Below, one piece after another: positions 27,440-35,278 of a stretch of 46,413 nt of DNA. The position numbers were made by a program, and so were the translations under genes. This DNA is from Actinomycetota bacterium (GTDB taxonomy: Bacteria; Actinomycetota; AC-67): NCBI GenBank assembly GCA_035541035.1, contig DATLFO010000104.1, forward strand, positions 1 to 46,413, read 5' to 3'. The notes under the pieces were generated by a model. That model made no database searches and was not told the origin of the DNA. It was given only the letters and a program-made list of their open reading frames with translations. The first letter of the stretch is position 1. Every line of letters starts with the position of its first letter.

Positions 27440-28011
27440 AGCGGCGCGGAGATGTCGAACCATTCGACGTCGGAGCACAGCGATTGCCATTCGGCGAACA
27501 GCGCTTGCATCTCGGCGGGCATCTCTTTCTTCTCGCCCGCGCGGGCTTCGGCTTCGGTGGTGAACCAGTCCACGATGTGGATGCGGTTGCCGGGAAGCCA
27601 GACGGTCATGTGGCCTATAAGGTCGGGCCGCAGGCCGGCGAACTGATCGAACTTCTCTTCGATCGCTTCGTAGGCCTTCCGGTCTTTGACCGTCGCGCGC
27701 ATCATCTGCACGAAGCCTGCGTCGCCTGATCCTTCCTTCGGCATGTCCACGTCTTCGGACTCCAGGAACTCTGCGGGGCCGGCCAGCATCTTTTCGAGCT
27801 GGTTCCACCGGGCCGTTTGCTCTTCGCTGGCCGAGTTCTTCATCGCCAGCTCGCGGTTTTCGAACCGTGCGGCGATCAGCAGCTCGCCCTTGGTGGTGAT
27901 GCCGCCGGTCGCACCCAGAAATCCTTCGGCCGTCGCGTCGCGCTGCTCTTGCCATGCGCTGTTGATGCCGTCCGCGTCCGCGACCTTCGCGCGAATGATC
28001 TGTACGAACAT
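27430..28011 (-). CDS. Hypothetical protein with two ABM-like (dimeric alpha+beta barrel) repeats
   Basis: Internal duplication: [12 protein letters not shown]... at aa 1 and [12 protein letters not shown]... at about aa 99. GC3 is high. Its 3' end overlaps the convergent MaoC gene by 10 bp. Confidence 0.55.
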   Translation of the reverse strand: MFVQIIRAKVADADGINSAWQEQRDATAEGFLGATGGITTKGELLIAARFENRELAMKNSASEEQTARWNQLEKMLAGPAEFLESEDVDMPKEGSGDAGFVQMMRATVKDRKAYEAIEEKFDQFAGLRPDLIGHMTVWLPGNRIHIVDWFTTEAEARAGEKKEMPAEMQALFAEWQSLCSDVEWFDISAPLYA

Positions 28012-28068
28012 CTCGCCCCTCCTTCGTCGATCCCTCGGGTCGATCCTCCGCCCGCGCGGCGTGGGAAG

Positions 28069-28239
28069 TCAACTCGCTCTGGGGGTGACCTCTTTGTCGA
28101 TCCGGGCACCGCTGCGGTCACGTTCGATCTCGAGGTCGAACAAGACCTGCAGGTTGATCCAAAAGCGGTCGGACGTGCCGAAATAGCGCGCCAGGCGAAG
28201 CGCCGTGTCGGCCGAGATCCCTCGTCGGATGCGCGCCCC
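28069..28239 (-). pseudogene. higA: C-terminal fragment of a HigA-type (XRE HTH) antitoxin
   Basis: This frame reads (A)[54 protein letters not shown]. That matches the conserved second half of HigA antitoxins (...[26 protein letters not shown]...). There is no start codon and the N-terminal half is missing. Confidence 0.7.
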
Positions 28240-28481
28240 TCACGCCATCGAAAGCAGATCCGCCATTGATCGTTGATCCGGATGCTGTACTGACCCGATC
28301 GGTCGCCCTTGAGCCGCTCCAAACGATTTCCCGGCGGAACCTTGAGGTCCTCCAACGTGTTGGCCGCGTCCAGCATCCGGAGCCGGCGCAAAGCCGGCCG
28401 CTGCACGTCGGACCCGAAGCGCTTGACACGCTCGCGCCGGTACAGGCGTTCGGTGTCGCGATCCTTGAAGCTTTCGATCAT
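28224..28481 (-). pseudogene. higB: HigB-type (RelE/ParE superfamily) toxin lacking its last ~10 codons, fused out of frame to the higA fragment
   Basis: [82 protein letters not shown] is a typical HigB. The expected ...DVEIVDYH* end is absent. The frame instead runs on for 201 aa through the higA remnant into the next gene. Confidence 0.7.
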
Positions 28482-28566
28482 GACGCATAGGAACGACCTC
28501 CGTGAATACCGTCAAGCGTTAGGCTGGCGACCTTTGACCGGCTCCGCTCGCTCCGGGTATCAATAG

Positions 28567-28583
28567 GCGGAACGTCGTTCCGC
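28567..28583. promoter_or_regulatory. Perfect 8-1-8 palindrome upstream of the LLM oxidoreductase gene
   Basis: GCGGAACG-T-CGTTCCGC ends 11 nt before the ATG at 28595, just upstream of the GGAGA SD. It is also about 90 nt upstream of the divergent higB start. Confidence 0.4.
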
Positions 28584-28594
28584 TAGGAGAGACA

Positions 28595-29605
28595 ATGCAG
28601 CTGTCGTACGGGCCGTGGGGAGCGTCGCTCGACGAAGTCGTCGCGGCCTCGAAGAAGGCGGAAGACGCGGGCTTTTCACGGGTCTGGTTCGCCGAGCTCC
28701 ATCGCAGCGCGTTCGTTCCCGCCGCGGCCGTGGCAACCGCGACCACGCGCATCGGCGTGGGCACCGGGATCGCGCTCGCGTTCGTGCGCTCCCCGATGAC
28801 CACGGCGCTGGAGGCGATGGACACCGACGAGCTGGCCGGCGGCCGGTTCGTGCTCGGGATCGGCTCCGGCGTGCAGCGGCTCAACGAGAGCTGGCATAAC
28901 GTGCGCTTCGGCAAAGCCGTCGGCCACACCCGCGAGACCGTCGCGATCATCCGCCGGTTCATCGCCGAATCGCACCGCGGCGGATCGATCGAGGTCGACG
29001 GCGAATACGAACGGATGAGGCTGCGCGGCTATCAGCGGCCGTTCCCGCCGCAGCGCGAGCAGATCCCGGTCTATCTCGCGGCGGTGGGCGACGCGATGAC
29101 GCGGCTCGCCGGCGAGATCGGCGACGGCTGGCTCGGCCACGAGCTGGGATCGCCGCGGTATCTGGCGTCGGCGATCCTGCCGAACCTTCAAGCGGGCCTG
29201 TCGCGCGCGGGACGCGACCGGCGGTCGCTGGACGTCGTCGCCTCGGCCTGCTGCGCGATCGACGGCGACGGGCGGCTCGCCAAACGCTGGATGGCCGGCC
29301 TGGTCGCCTTCTACGCGACCGTGCGAACCTATGGCGAGTTCTTCGCTTTCCACGGCTTTGCCGCCGAAGCGGCCGCGGTGCAGGAGCGGTTTCGGGCCGG
29401 CGACGAGGCCGGCATGGTCGAGGCGGTGCCCGATGAGATGGTGGACGCGTTCGCGCTCGCCGGCACGCCCGACGAGGTGCGCGCCAAGCTGAAGGAATAC
29501 GACGGGATCGCCGACGGCATCAAGCTGTCGCCCCCCACGCATCTGGTTCCGGCCGAGGTCACGCGCCACTGCCAAGCCACGATCCTGGAGCAGCTCGCCC
29601 CATGA
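28595..29605 (+). CDS. Luciferase-like monooxygenase (LLM) class oxidoreductase, probably F420-dependent
   Basis: GFSRVWFAELH...RIGVGTGIALAFVRSPM...RFVLGIGSG fits the LLM TIM-barrel family. A GGAGA SD is present. Confidence 0.8.
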   Translation: MQLSYGPWGASLDEVVAASKKAEDAGFSRVWFAELHRSAFVPAAAVATATTRIGVGTGIALAFVRSPMTTALEAMDTDELAGGRFVLGIGSGVQRLNESWHNVRFGKAVGHTRETVAIIRRFIAESHRGGSIEVDGEYERMRLRGYQRPFPPQREQIPVYLAAVGDAMTRLAGEIGDGWLGHELGSPRYLASAILPNLQAGLSRAGRDRRSLDVVASACCAIDGDGRLAKRWMAGLVAFYATVRTYGEFFAFHGFAAEAAAVQERFRAGDEAGMVEAVPDEMVDAFALAGTPDEVRAKLKEYDGIADGIKLSPPTHLVPAEVTRHCQATILEQLAP

Positions 29606-30699
29606 ACGCGATCAAGCCCGCGTCGTTTCCCTGGTTCGAGTACGCGCGCTACACGTTCTCGCTCGGCCTCGAACACGCAGGCCGCGTGTGGCTCAGCGGC
29701 CACAGTGCCTCCGAGTACGACGCGCGCGAGGAACGCATCGTCGTCAAAGGCGGCATGGAGCAGCAGACCCGCACCGCCTACGCCAAGATCAGCGCGATCC
29801 TGGAGGCGGCCGGCCTGACGCTGGGCGACGCGACCCGCGTCGTCGAGTACGTGACCGCGAAAGGCATGGACCACTACGCCGAAGCGCGCGCGGTCCGTGA
29901 AGAGCTGTTCGGATCCGCGCAGCCGGCGGTGTGCACCGTCGTGGTCAACAGCCTGCTGCGTCCCGCCGCGTTCATCGAGATCGAAGTGACCGCCGGCGGC
30001 GGCGAGGACGACGGCATCGTGTACCTGCCCTCGATCGCCGCACCCGAGGCGGGCGAAGATCTCGTCGCGCAGACCGAGGCCATCTTCGACAAGGCCGCCG
30101 CGCTGCTCGCCGATGCCGGTCTGGGAATGGACTCGATCGTCAAGACCGTGGACTACACCACGCCGCGAACGCTCGCCGGCTACAAGCGAACCGGCCGCGT
30201 TCGCAAGGACCGGCTCGGGCCCGTGTATCCCGCGGCGGCGGGCATCCTGATGTCGCGGCTGCAGACGCCCGGCACGCTCGTGTCGATGGACATCACGGCG
30301 TCACGGCATCAGTCGGAGACCGTCAATCCGGGTTGGGAACGCTACGCGAAGCTCACCTACTCGCCCGCGGTGAAGGCCGGGTCGATGCTGTTCATGAGCG
30401 GCCAGGCCGCGCTCGATCCCGCGACCGAGCAGGCCGTGCACACCGGCGATGTCGCCGCGCAAGCCGAGTACACGTATCAGAACATCATCGAGGTCCTGAA
30501 GGCAGCCGGAGCCGGCCCCGAGAACTTGGTCAAAACCATCGAGTACGTCACGCCTGCCGGGCTCAAGCGCTACCGCGAGGTCGCCGCCGTCCGCGAACAG
30601 CTGCTGAAACAGCCCTACCCCGCCAGCACCGGCTGCATCTGCGAGACCCTCCTCCGCCCCGAATTCGAAATCGAAATCGACCCGCTCGCCATCCTGTAA
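29602..30699 (+). CDS. Three tandem RidA/YjgF/Rid-family domains in one polypeptide
   Basis: ATGA overlap with the LLM stop. There are three repeats of the helix-strand module (QQTRTAYAKISAILEAAGLTLGDATRVVEYVT / AQTEAIFDKAAALLADAGLGMDSIVKTVDYTT / AQAEYTYQNIIEVLKAAGAGPENLVKTIEYVT). There are also three C-terminal P...hEIEh motifs. Confidence 0.8.
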   Translation: MNAIKPASFPWFEYARYTFSLGLEHAGRVWLSGHSASEYDAREERIVVKGGMEQQTRTAYAKISAILEAAGLTLGDATRVVEYVTAKGMDHYAEARAVREELFGSAQPAVCTVVVNSLLRPAAFIEIEVTAGGGEDDGIVYLPSIAAPEAGEDLVAQTEAIFDKAAALLADAGLGMDSIVKTVDYTTPRTLAGYKRTGRVRKDRLGPVYPAAAGILMSRLQTPGTLVSMDITASRHQSETVNPGWERYAKLTYSPAVKAGSMLFMSGQAALDPATEQAVHTGDVAAQAEYTYQNIIEVLKAAGAGPENLVKTIEYVTPAGLKRYREVAAVREQLLKQPYPASTGCICETLLRPEFEIEIDPLAIL

Positions 30700-30746
30700 C
30701 GGCGCACGCGAATCCGTTCACCGGACGCTCTTTGGAGAAGTGGCCG

Positions 30747-31577
30747 TCAGCCGAGGATCATCACGGTTGCGGTCATCGATGCCTTGATGGTGCCGTCTTC
30801 TACGAGCGGCTCGGCGTGGCGGGCGGCTACCTCGCGCAGCCGGATCGCCGTAGCTTCGTCGAGCTCCGCAAGCTCGGCCGCGATACCGGAGGCAACCAGC
30901 GTGTCGAACGCTCCGGGGAACCCTTCCTCGATGATGGCGGGCAGCGTCACGGTCCGGGCGGTGACCGATTCGAATCCCGCGGCTTCGGCAGCCGACGCGG
31001 CCGCGTCGCCGTAGAACGAAAACGGACCCGTGTAGCGCGTGGCCATCTCCTGGCCGAGCACCTCACGGATCGCCTCGTAGAGAAAATGGAACGCTTGCTC
31101 GGACACGTGGGTCCATGTCGCGACGCCTGCGCGGCCGCCGGGCCTGAGCGCTCGCCGCATCTCGGCCAGCGACGCGACCGGATCGGGAAAGAACTGCAGC
31201 CCTTGCTGGCACGTGATCACGTTGAACGACGCGTCGGAAACCGGCAACGGGGCGGCGGGCGCTTCCATCCACTCGATCGGAGCAAGACCGGACGGCAGAT
31301 CCTTCTCGCGGCCCAGCGCGATCATCGCCGGCGAGATGTCGGTCGCAACGACCCGGCCGGCGGGCCCCACCGCCTGAGCGAGCAAGACCGCAACCGTGCC
31401 CGGCCCGCAGGCCACGTCGAGGGCCGCTTCGCCGGGATCGGGATCGAGCCGGCCGACCAGATCGCGCGCCCACGGCTCGAACAAGCGAGCGATCACGCGA
31501 TCGTAGACCTGCATCGCATCCCGTGACGCGCCGGCGAACGCGGCGCTCCATGTGCTTCCTTCTACGCTCATCGCCAC
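30747..31577 (-). CDS. Class I SAM-dependent methyltransferase
   Basis: The LDVACGPGTVAVLLA motif I is followed by VVATDISPAMI. The protein is 276 aa. Confidence 0.8.
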   Translation of the reverse strand: MAMSVEGSTWSAAFAGASRDAMQVYDRVIARLFEPWARDLVGRLDPDPGEAALDVACGPGTVAVLLAQAVGPAGRVVATDISPAMIALGREKDLPSGLAPIEWMEAPAAPLPVSDASFNVITCQQGLQFFPDPVASLAEMRRALRPGGRAGVATWTHVSEQAFHFLYEAIREVLGQEMATRYTGPFSFYGDAAASAAEAAGFESVTARTVTLPAIIEEGFPGAFDTLVASGIAAELAELDEATAIRLREVAARHAEPLVEDGTIKASMTATVMILG

Positions 31578-31728
31578 CCCCTTCCCCCCGGGACGTCTCG
31601 CACAGGCTAGCCGACCGGGCCGGAAGATTCTTTCTAACGAAAGTGTCGAGGCGCACGGCGGTCCGAAACGCGAAGCAGGCGGCGATCAACTCCGCGAACG
31701 CGAAGAGATCGGCCGCCTGGCCGCGTTG

Positions 31729-31800
31729 CTACCGCCTGGAGAAGCCCCATCCTCCTCCGAGGATGAGCAACACCACTAGCACGATCAGAACGGTCCGCAC
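31729..31800 (-). CDS. Candidate 23-aa hydrophobic small membrane peptide
   Basis: GGAAGGAGA SD at 31807-15, 6 nt before GTG 31800. Translation is V(M)RTVLIVLVVLLILGGGWGFSRR*. It is too short for the ORF track and sits in a 374-nt intergenic region. Confidence 0.4.
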   Translation of the reverse strand: MRTVLIVLVVLLILGGGWGFSRR

Positions 31801-31951
31801 GATGGGTCTCCTTCCGTCACGATGAACGTTCCGCTCCTTGCCCTGTTCGAAACCACGCGACTCGCGGAAGGGAACTACGGACCGCGCGTGAGCGAGTCTC
31901 CCCCGGCTGCATGATCGCCTCCGCGCGGCCCGCTGCTAGGTTCGGCATACC

Positions 31952-33325
31952 GTGACGGCCGCGGACATTTCCGCCGCGTTGGTGGCGCTAACCATCGTCA
32001 TCGGGTCGGCGCACGCGATAGGTCAGGTGATGGAGCGCCTGCGCCAGCCGCGGCTGATCGGCGAGATCCTGGCCGGAGTGCTGCTCGGACCGTTCGTCTT
32101 CGGCCGGGTCGCACCCGCGGTGACCCGCACCGTGTTCGGCGGCGACGCGGCCGATGACACGACACGCATCGTCATCGAGTTCGTGTCCTGGCTGGGGCTG
32201 CTGCTGCTGATGTTTCTGTCCGGCAGCGAGGCCCGCCGCGTGCTCGCACGCGAGAACCGGCGCGCAACCGCATGGCTATTCGGTCTGGGCACGCCGCTTC
32301 CATTCGTGGCGGCGCTCATCGTGGGATCATGGATCTCGCTCGACGGGCTCGCCGGGCCGTCCGGCAGCCGCGCATCCGTGCTGTTGATCCTTGCCGCCGC
32401 CGCGACAGTGATGTCGATCCCGGTGATCTCGCGCATCTTCCACGACCTCGGGATCCTGGGAACGCGCTTCGCGAGCCTGGTGCTCAGCGTCGCGATCGCC
32501 GAGGACATCGTGCTGTGGGCGGTGCTGGCGATCGCGACCGCGCTGGCGGCATCCGGCGCGGGCGCGGCCGGCGGCATCGCGACCCACGTCGCGGCGACCG
32601 TCGCGTACCTGTTCGCCGGCGTTGCGGTCGCCCCGGCGCTGGTCAAACGATTGCACGACGCGCGATGGAACTCGCTGGCGACCGCATCACCCGTCCGGTA
32701 CGCGGTGCTGCTGCTGCTCGTCTACGGGAGCCTGGCATCGCTGATGAACGTGAACCTGGTGTTCGCCGCGTTCCTGGCCGGCTTCGGACTGGTCGGCGGA
32801 CGAGAAGGCGCATCGCGGGAACGCTTCGCCGTGCCGCTGGAGGCGATCACCAGCGTATCCACGGCCGTGTTCGTGCCCGTCTACTTCGTGGTGGTCGGCT
32901 CGCAGCTGCAGCTCGGACATCAGTTCGCGCCGGTCATGCTGGCGGTCTTTCTGATCGGCTCGACCATCGTGCGGGCGGCCTCGGTCGCCGGCGCGGCGAA
33001 GCTGGCCGGGTTCGCGCCACTGGACCGGATCAATCTGGCGGTGACCTGCAACGCGCGCGGGGGCCCGGGCATCGTGCTGGCCAGCATCGCGTTCGAGGCC
33101 GGCATCATCAACGGCCGCTTCTTCACCACGCTGGTCCTGACCGCGATCCTGACGTCACAGTTCGCGGGAGCCTGGCTCGCGTGGGTTCTGCGCCGCGGAC
33201 GGCCGCTGCTGTCGGACGACCATGCCGGCCCGGAACGGCACGAAGCATCCGCGTCGCCGCTCTCCGGGCAGGGGCGCGGCCCGCAGCGGACGGCCGTCGA
33301 GCGCCGACGACGGAGACAGCGCTGA
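31952..33325 (+). CDS. Cation:proton antiporter (Na+/H+ exchanger family)
   Basis: 457 aa and polytopic. The N-terminus ...RLRQPRLIGEILAGVLLGPFVFG is typical of the CPA family. Confidence 0.8.
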   Translation: MTAADISAALVALTIVIGSAHAIGQVMERLRQPRLIGEILAGVLLGPFVFGRVAPAVTRTVFGGDAADDTTRIVIEFVSWLGLLLLMFLSGSEARRVLARENRRATAWLFGLGTPLPFVAALIVGSWISLDGLAGPSGSRASVLLILAAAATVMSIPVISRIFHDLGILGTRFASLVLSVAIAEDIVLWAVLAIATALAASGAGAAGGIATHVAATVAYLFAGVAVAPALVKRLHDARWNSLATASPVRYAVLLLLVYGSLASLMNVNLVFAAFLAGFGLVGGREGASRERFAVPLEAITSVSTAVFVPVYFVVVGSQLQLGHQFAPVMLAVFLIGSTIVRAASVAGAAKLAGFAPLDRINLAVTCNARGGPGIVLASIAFEAGIINGRFFTTLVLTAILTSQFAGAWLAWVLRRGRPLLSDDHAGPERHEASASPLSGQGRGPQRTAVERRRRRQR

Positions 33326-33420
33326 ACCCACGTTTCCCGGCGCCGTCGGCAGCCTCCGGATGTGACGGAATCGGCATCCGTCGTCGAAGATGACGGGCGA
33401 GCCGACGGGGAGGAGACGCC

Positions 33421-33813
33421 GTGTCCGAGGATCTTGCTGCCGCGTACTGGCAGGAGTTCGCGGAGCGCAACGCGCTGCGAACCGGCACCAAAGAGCAGAA
33501 GCTCGAATACCAAACGCGCGTCTTCCCGGTCGAAGACGGCATCGCGACACGCATCGACGACGATGACCCTGCCCTGCTGGCCGATATGATCTCGATCGCC
33601 GAAGCGGCGCCCGACGACGAATCGCGCGGCATGTTCGGCGCCGGCATCCTGTGGGAGTACCTGTACAACACCTCGGACAAGAACGCCGCCGCGATCGCCG
33701 ACGCCGCCAAGAATCATGGCGCGTTCCTGGACGCCCTGCGCGCCGCGTTCGCCGGCTGGGACGGCCTCGGCTCGTCCATGAAGCAGAACCTCAAACCGCT
33801 CCTCGACGGATGA
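33421..33813 (+). CDS. Hypothetical acidic helical protein (130 aa)
   Basis: Strong SD GGGGAGGAG 5 nt before GTG 33421, and high GC3. I could not place it confidently in a recognised family. Confidence 0.55.
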   Translation: MSEDLAAAYWQEFAERNALRTGTKEQKLEYQTRVFPVEDGIATRIDDDDPALLADMISIAEAAPDDESRGMFGAGILWEYLYNTSDKNAAAIADAAKNHGAFLDALRAAFAGWDGLGSSMKQNLKPLLDG

Positions 33814-33820
33814 CCTCGCC

Positions 33821-35278
33821 GTGGATCTGCTGACGCCCGTCGGCGGGATCGCCGCCGTCCTGGTCGGGGCTGCGCTGGTCGCGGGCCTAGTCGAGCGCGG
33901 GCCCATCTCGTTCCCGATCATCTTCCTGGGCGCCGGCCTGATCCTGGGTGACGGCGTGACCGGCGCCGTTCACATCGATCTGCACGCCCCCATTCTCGAG
34001 ATCGTCGCCTTCGTCACCCTGGCGCTGGTGCTGTTCTTGGACGCGGTCCGGCTGGAAACGAAAGAGATGCGCCGCGACTGGCTGATCCCGGCGCTGACGC
34101 TGGGCCCCGGCACGATCTCGGTCATCGCCTTGGTCGCGACCGCCGGCGTGGTGCTGCTGGACCTGAGCTGGACGGTCGCGTTCATCGCCGGCGCGGCACT
34201 GGCATCGACCGACGCGGTCGTGCTGCGCGACGTCCTGCGAGACAAGCGCATCCCGGGACCGGTACGCCGTTCGCTGAGCATCGAAGCCGGAACGAACGAC
34301 GTGATCGTCCTGCCACCCGTGCTGATTCTGGCCACGGTCGCCGCGGCCAAGGCTGCGACGGCAGCGGACTGGGCCTGGTTCGGCGTGCAGCTGTTCCTAA
34401 TCGGCCCGGCAATCGGCGCTGCGGTGGGCGCGGGCGGCGCGTGGGCGATGTCGCGAGTGGATCGCCGCACCCCGGTCCGGACCGAATACCAAGCCCTCTA
34501 TGGCGTCGGTCTGGTACTGACGGCGTTCACGCTCGGCGAGTGGCTCGGCGCCGACGGCTTCCTGGCGTCCTTCGCGGCGGGTGCCGCGGTCGCGCTGACC
34601 AACAACGATCTGTGCGAGTGCTTCCTGGAGTTCGGTGAAGTCGTCGCCGAGATGGCGATGCTGCTGACCTTCGTGCTCTTCGGCGCGGTCCTGTCACCGA
34701 TGCTCGGCGAGACCGTCGGTCCCCCCGTGCTCATCTTCGCCGCGTTTACGATCTTCGTCGCGCGGCCGCTGCCGCTACTGTCGGTGCTGTCGATCCGGCA
34801 CACCGAGCTGAGCCATCCCGCGCGCGCGTTCATCGCCTGGTTCGGCCCGCGCGGGCTCAACTCGCTGCTGCTCGCCCTGATCGCCGTGGGCGCCGGCGTT
34901 CCCAACGGCGAGCGGCTGTTCGCCATCATCGGCGTCGTGGTGGTCACGTCCGTGGTCCTGCACGGCGTCTCCGCCACGCCTCTGTCGGCCTGGTACGGCC
35001 GCAGCGTCGAGCGCACGACCCAGCCCGAAGAACGGCATGCGACCGCAACCGGCCTGTTTATCGCCGATCCCGCATCGCAGCAGCGGATCTCGGTGGACGC
35101 GCTGGCGACACTGCTGGCGTCCGCGGATCCGCCGATCGTGCTCGACGTTCGTTCCCGGTCCGCATTCGAGCAGTCGGACGCGCAGATTCCCGGAAGCATC
35201 CGGCTGCGTCTGAACGAGATCGACGCGTGGGCCGAGCATCAGACCAAGGACCGGCTGGTCGTTCTGTACTGCACCTGA
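33821..35278 (+). CDS. CPA1-type cation:proton antiporter with a C-terminal rhodanese domain, interrupted by an in-frame TGA
   Basis: An about 400-aa polytopic exchanger domain (FGPRGLNSLLLALIA) is followed by rhodanese-like ...PPIVLDVRSRSAFEQSDAQIPGSIRL...DRLVVLYCT. The frame then stops at TGA 35276-35278, in mid-domain. Confidence 0.8.
   Translation: MDLLTPVGGIAAVLVGAALVAGLVERGPISFPIIFLGAGLILGDGVTGAVHIDLHAPILEIVAFVTLALVLFLDAVRLETKEMRRDWLIPALTLGPGTISVIALVATAGVVLLDLSWTVAFIAGAALASTDAVVLRDVLRDKRIPGPVRRSLSIEAGTNDVIVLPPVLILATVAAAKAATAADWAWFGVQLFLIGPAIGAAVGAGGAWAMSRVDRRTPVRTEYQALYGVGLVLTAFTLGEWLGADGFLASFAAGAAVALTNNDLCECFLEFGEVVAEMAMLLTFVLFGAVLSPMLGETVGPPVLIFAAFTIFVARPLPLLSVLSIRHTELSHPARAFIAWFGPRGLNSLLLALIAVGAGVPNGERLFAIIGVVVVTSVVLHGVSATPLSAWYGRSVERTTQPEERHATATGLFIADPASQQRISVDALATLLASADPPIVLDVRSRSAFEQSDAQIPGSIRLRLNEIDAWAEHQTKDRLVVLYCT

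Noticed and set aside
27876-28481. A 201-aa ORF as a genuine long HigB-like toxin.
   Set aside because: Only the first ~82-86 codons are HigB-like. The rest reads out of frame through a HigA fragment and into the neighbouring ABM gene, so it is interpreted as a deletion-generated pseudogene.
30662-30681. A short tandem repeat, TCGAAA-TCGAAA-TCGA.
   Set aside because: It simply encodes the conserved EFEIEID strand at the C-terminus of the third Rid domain and is not an independent repeat element.
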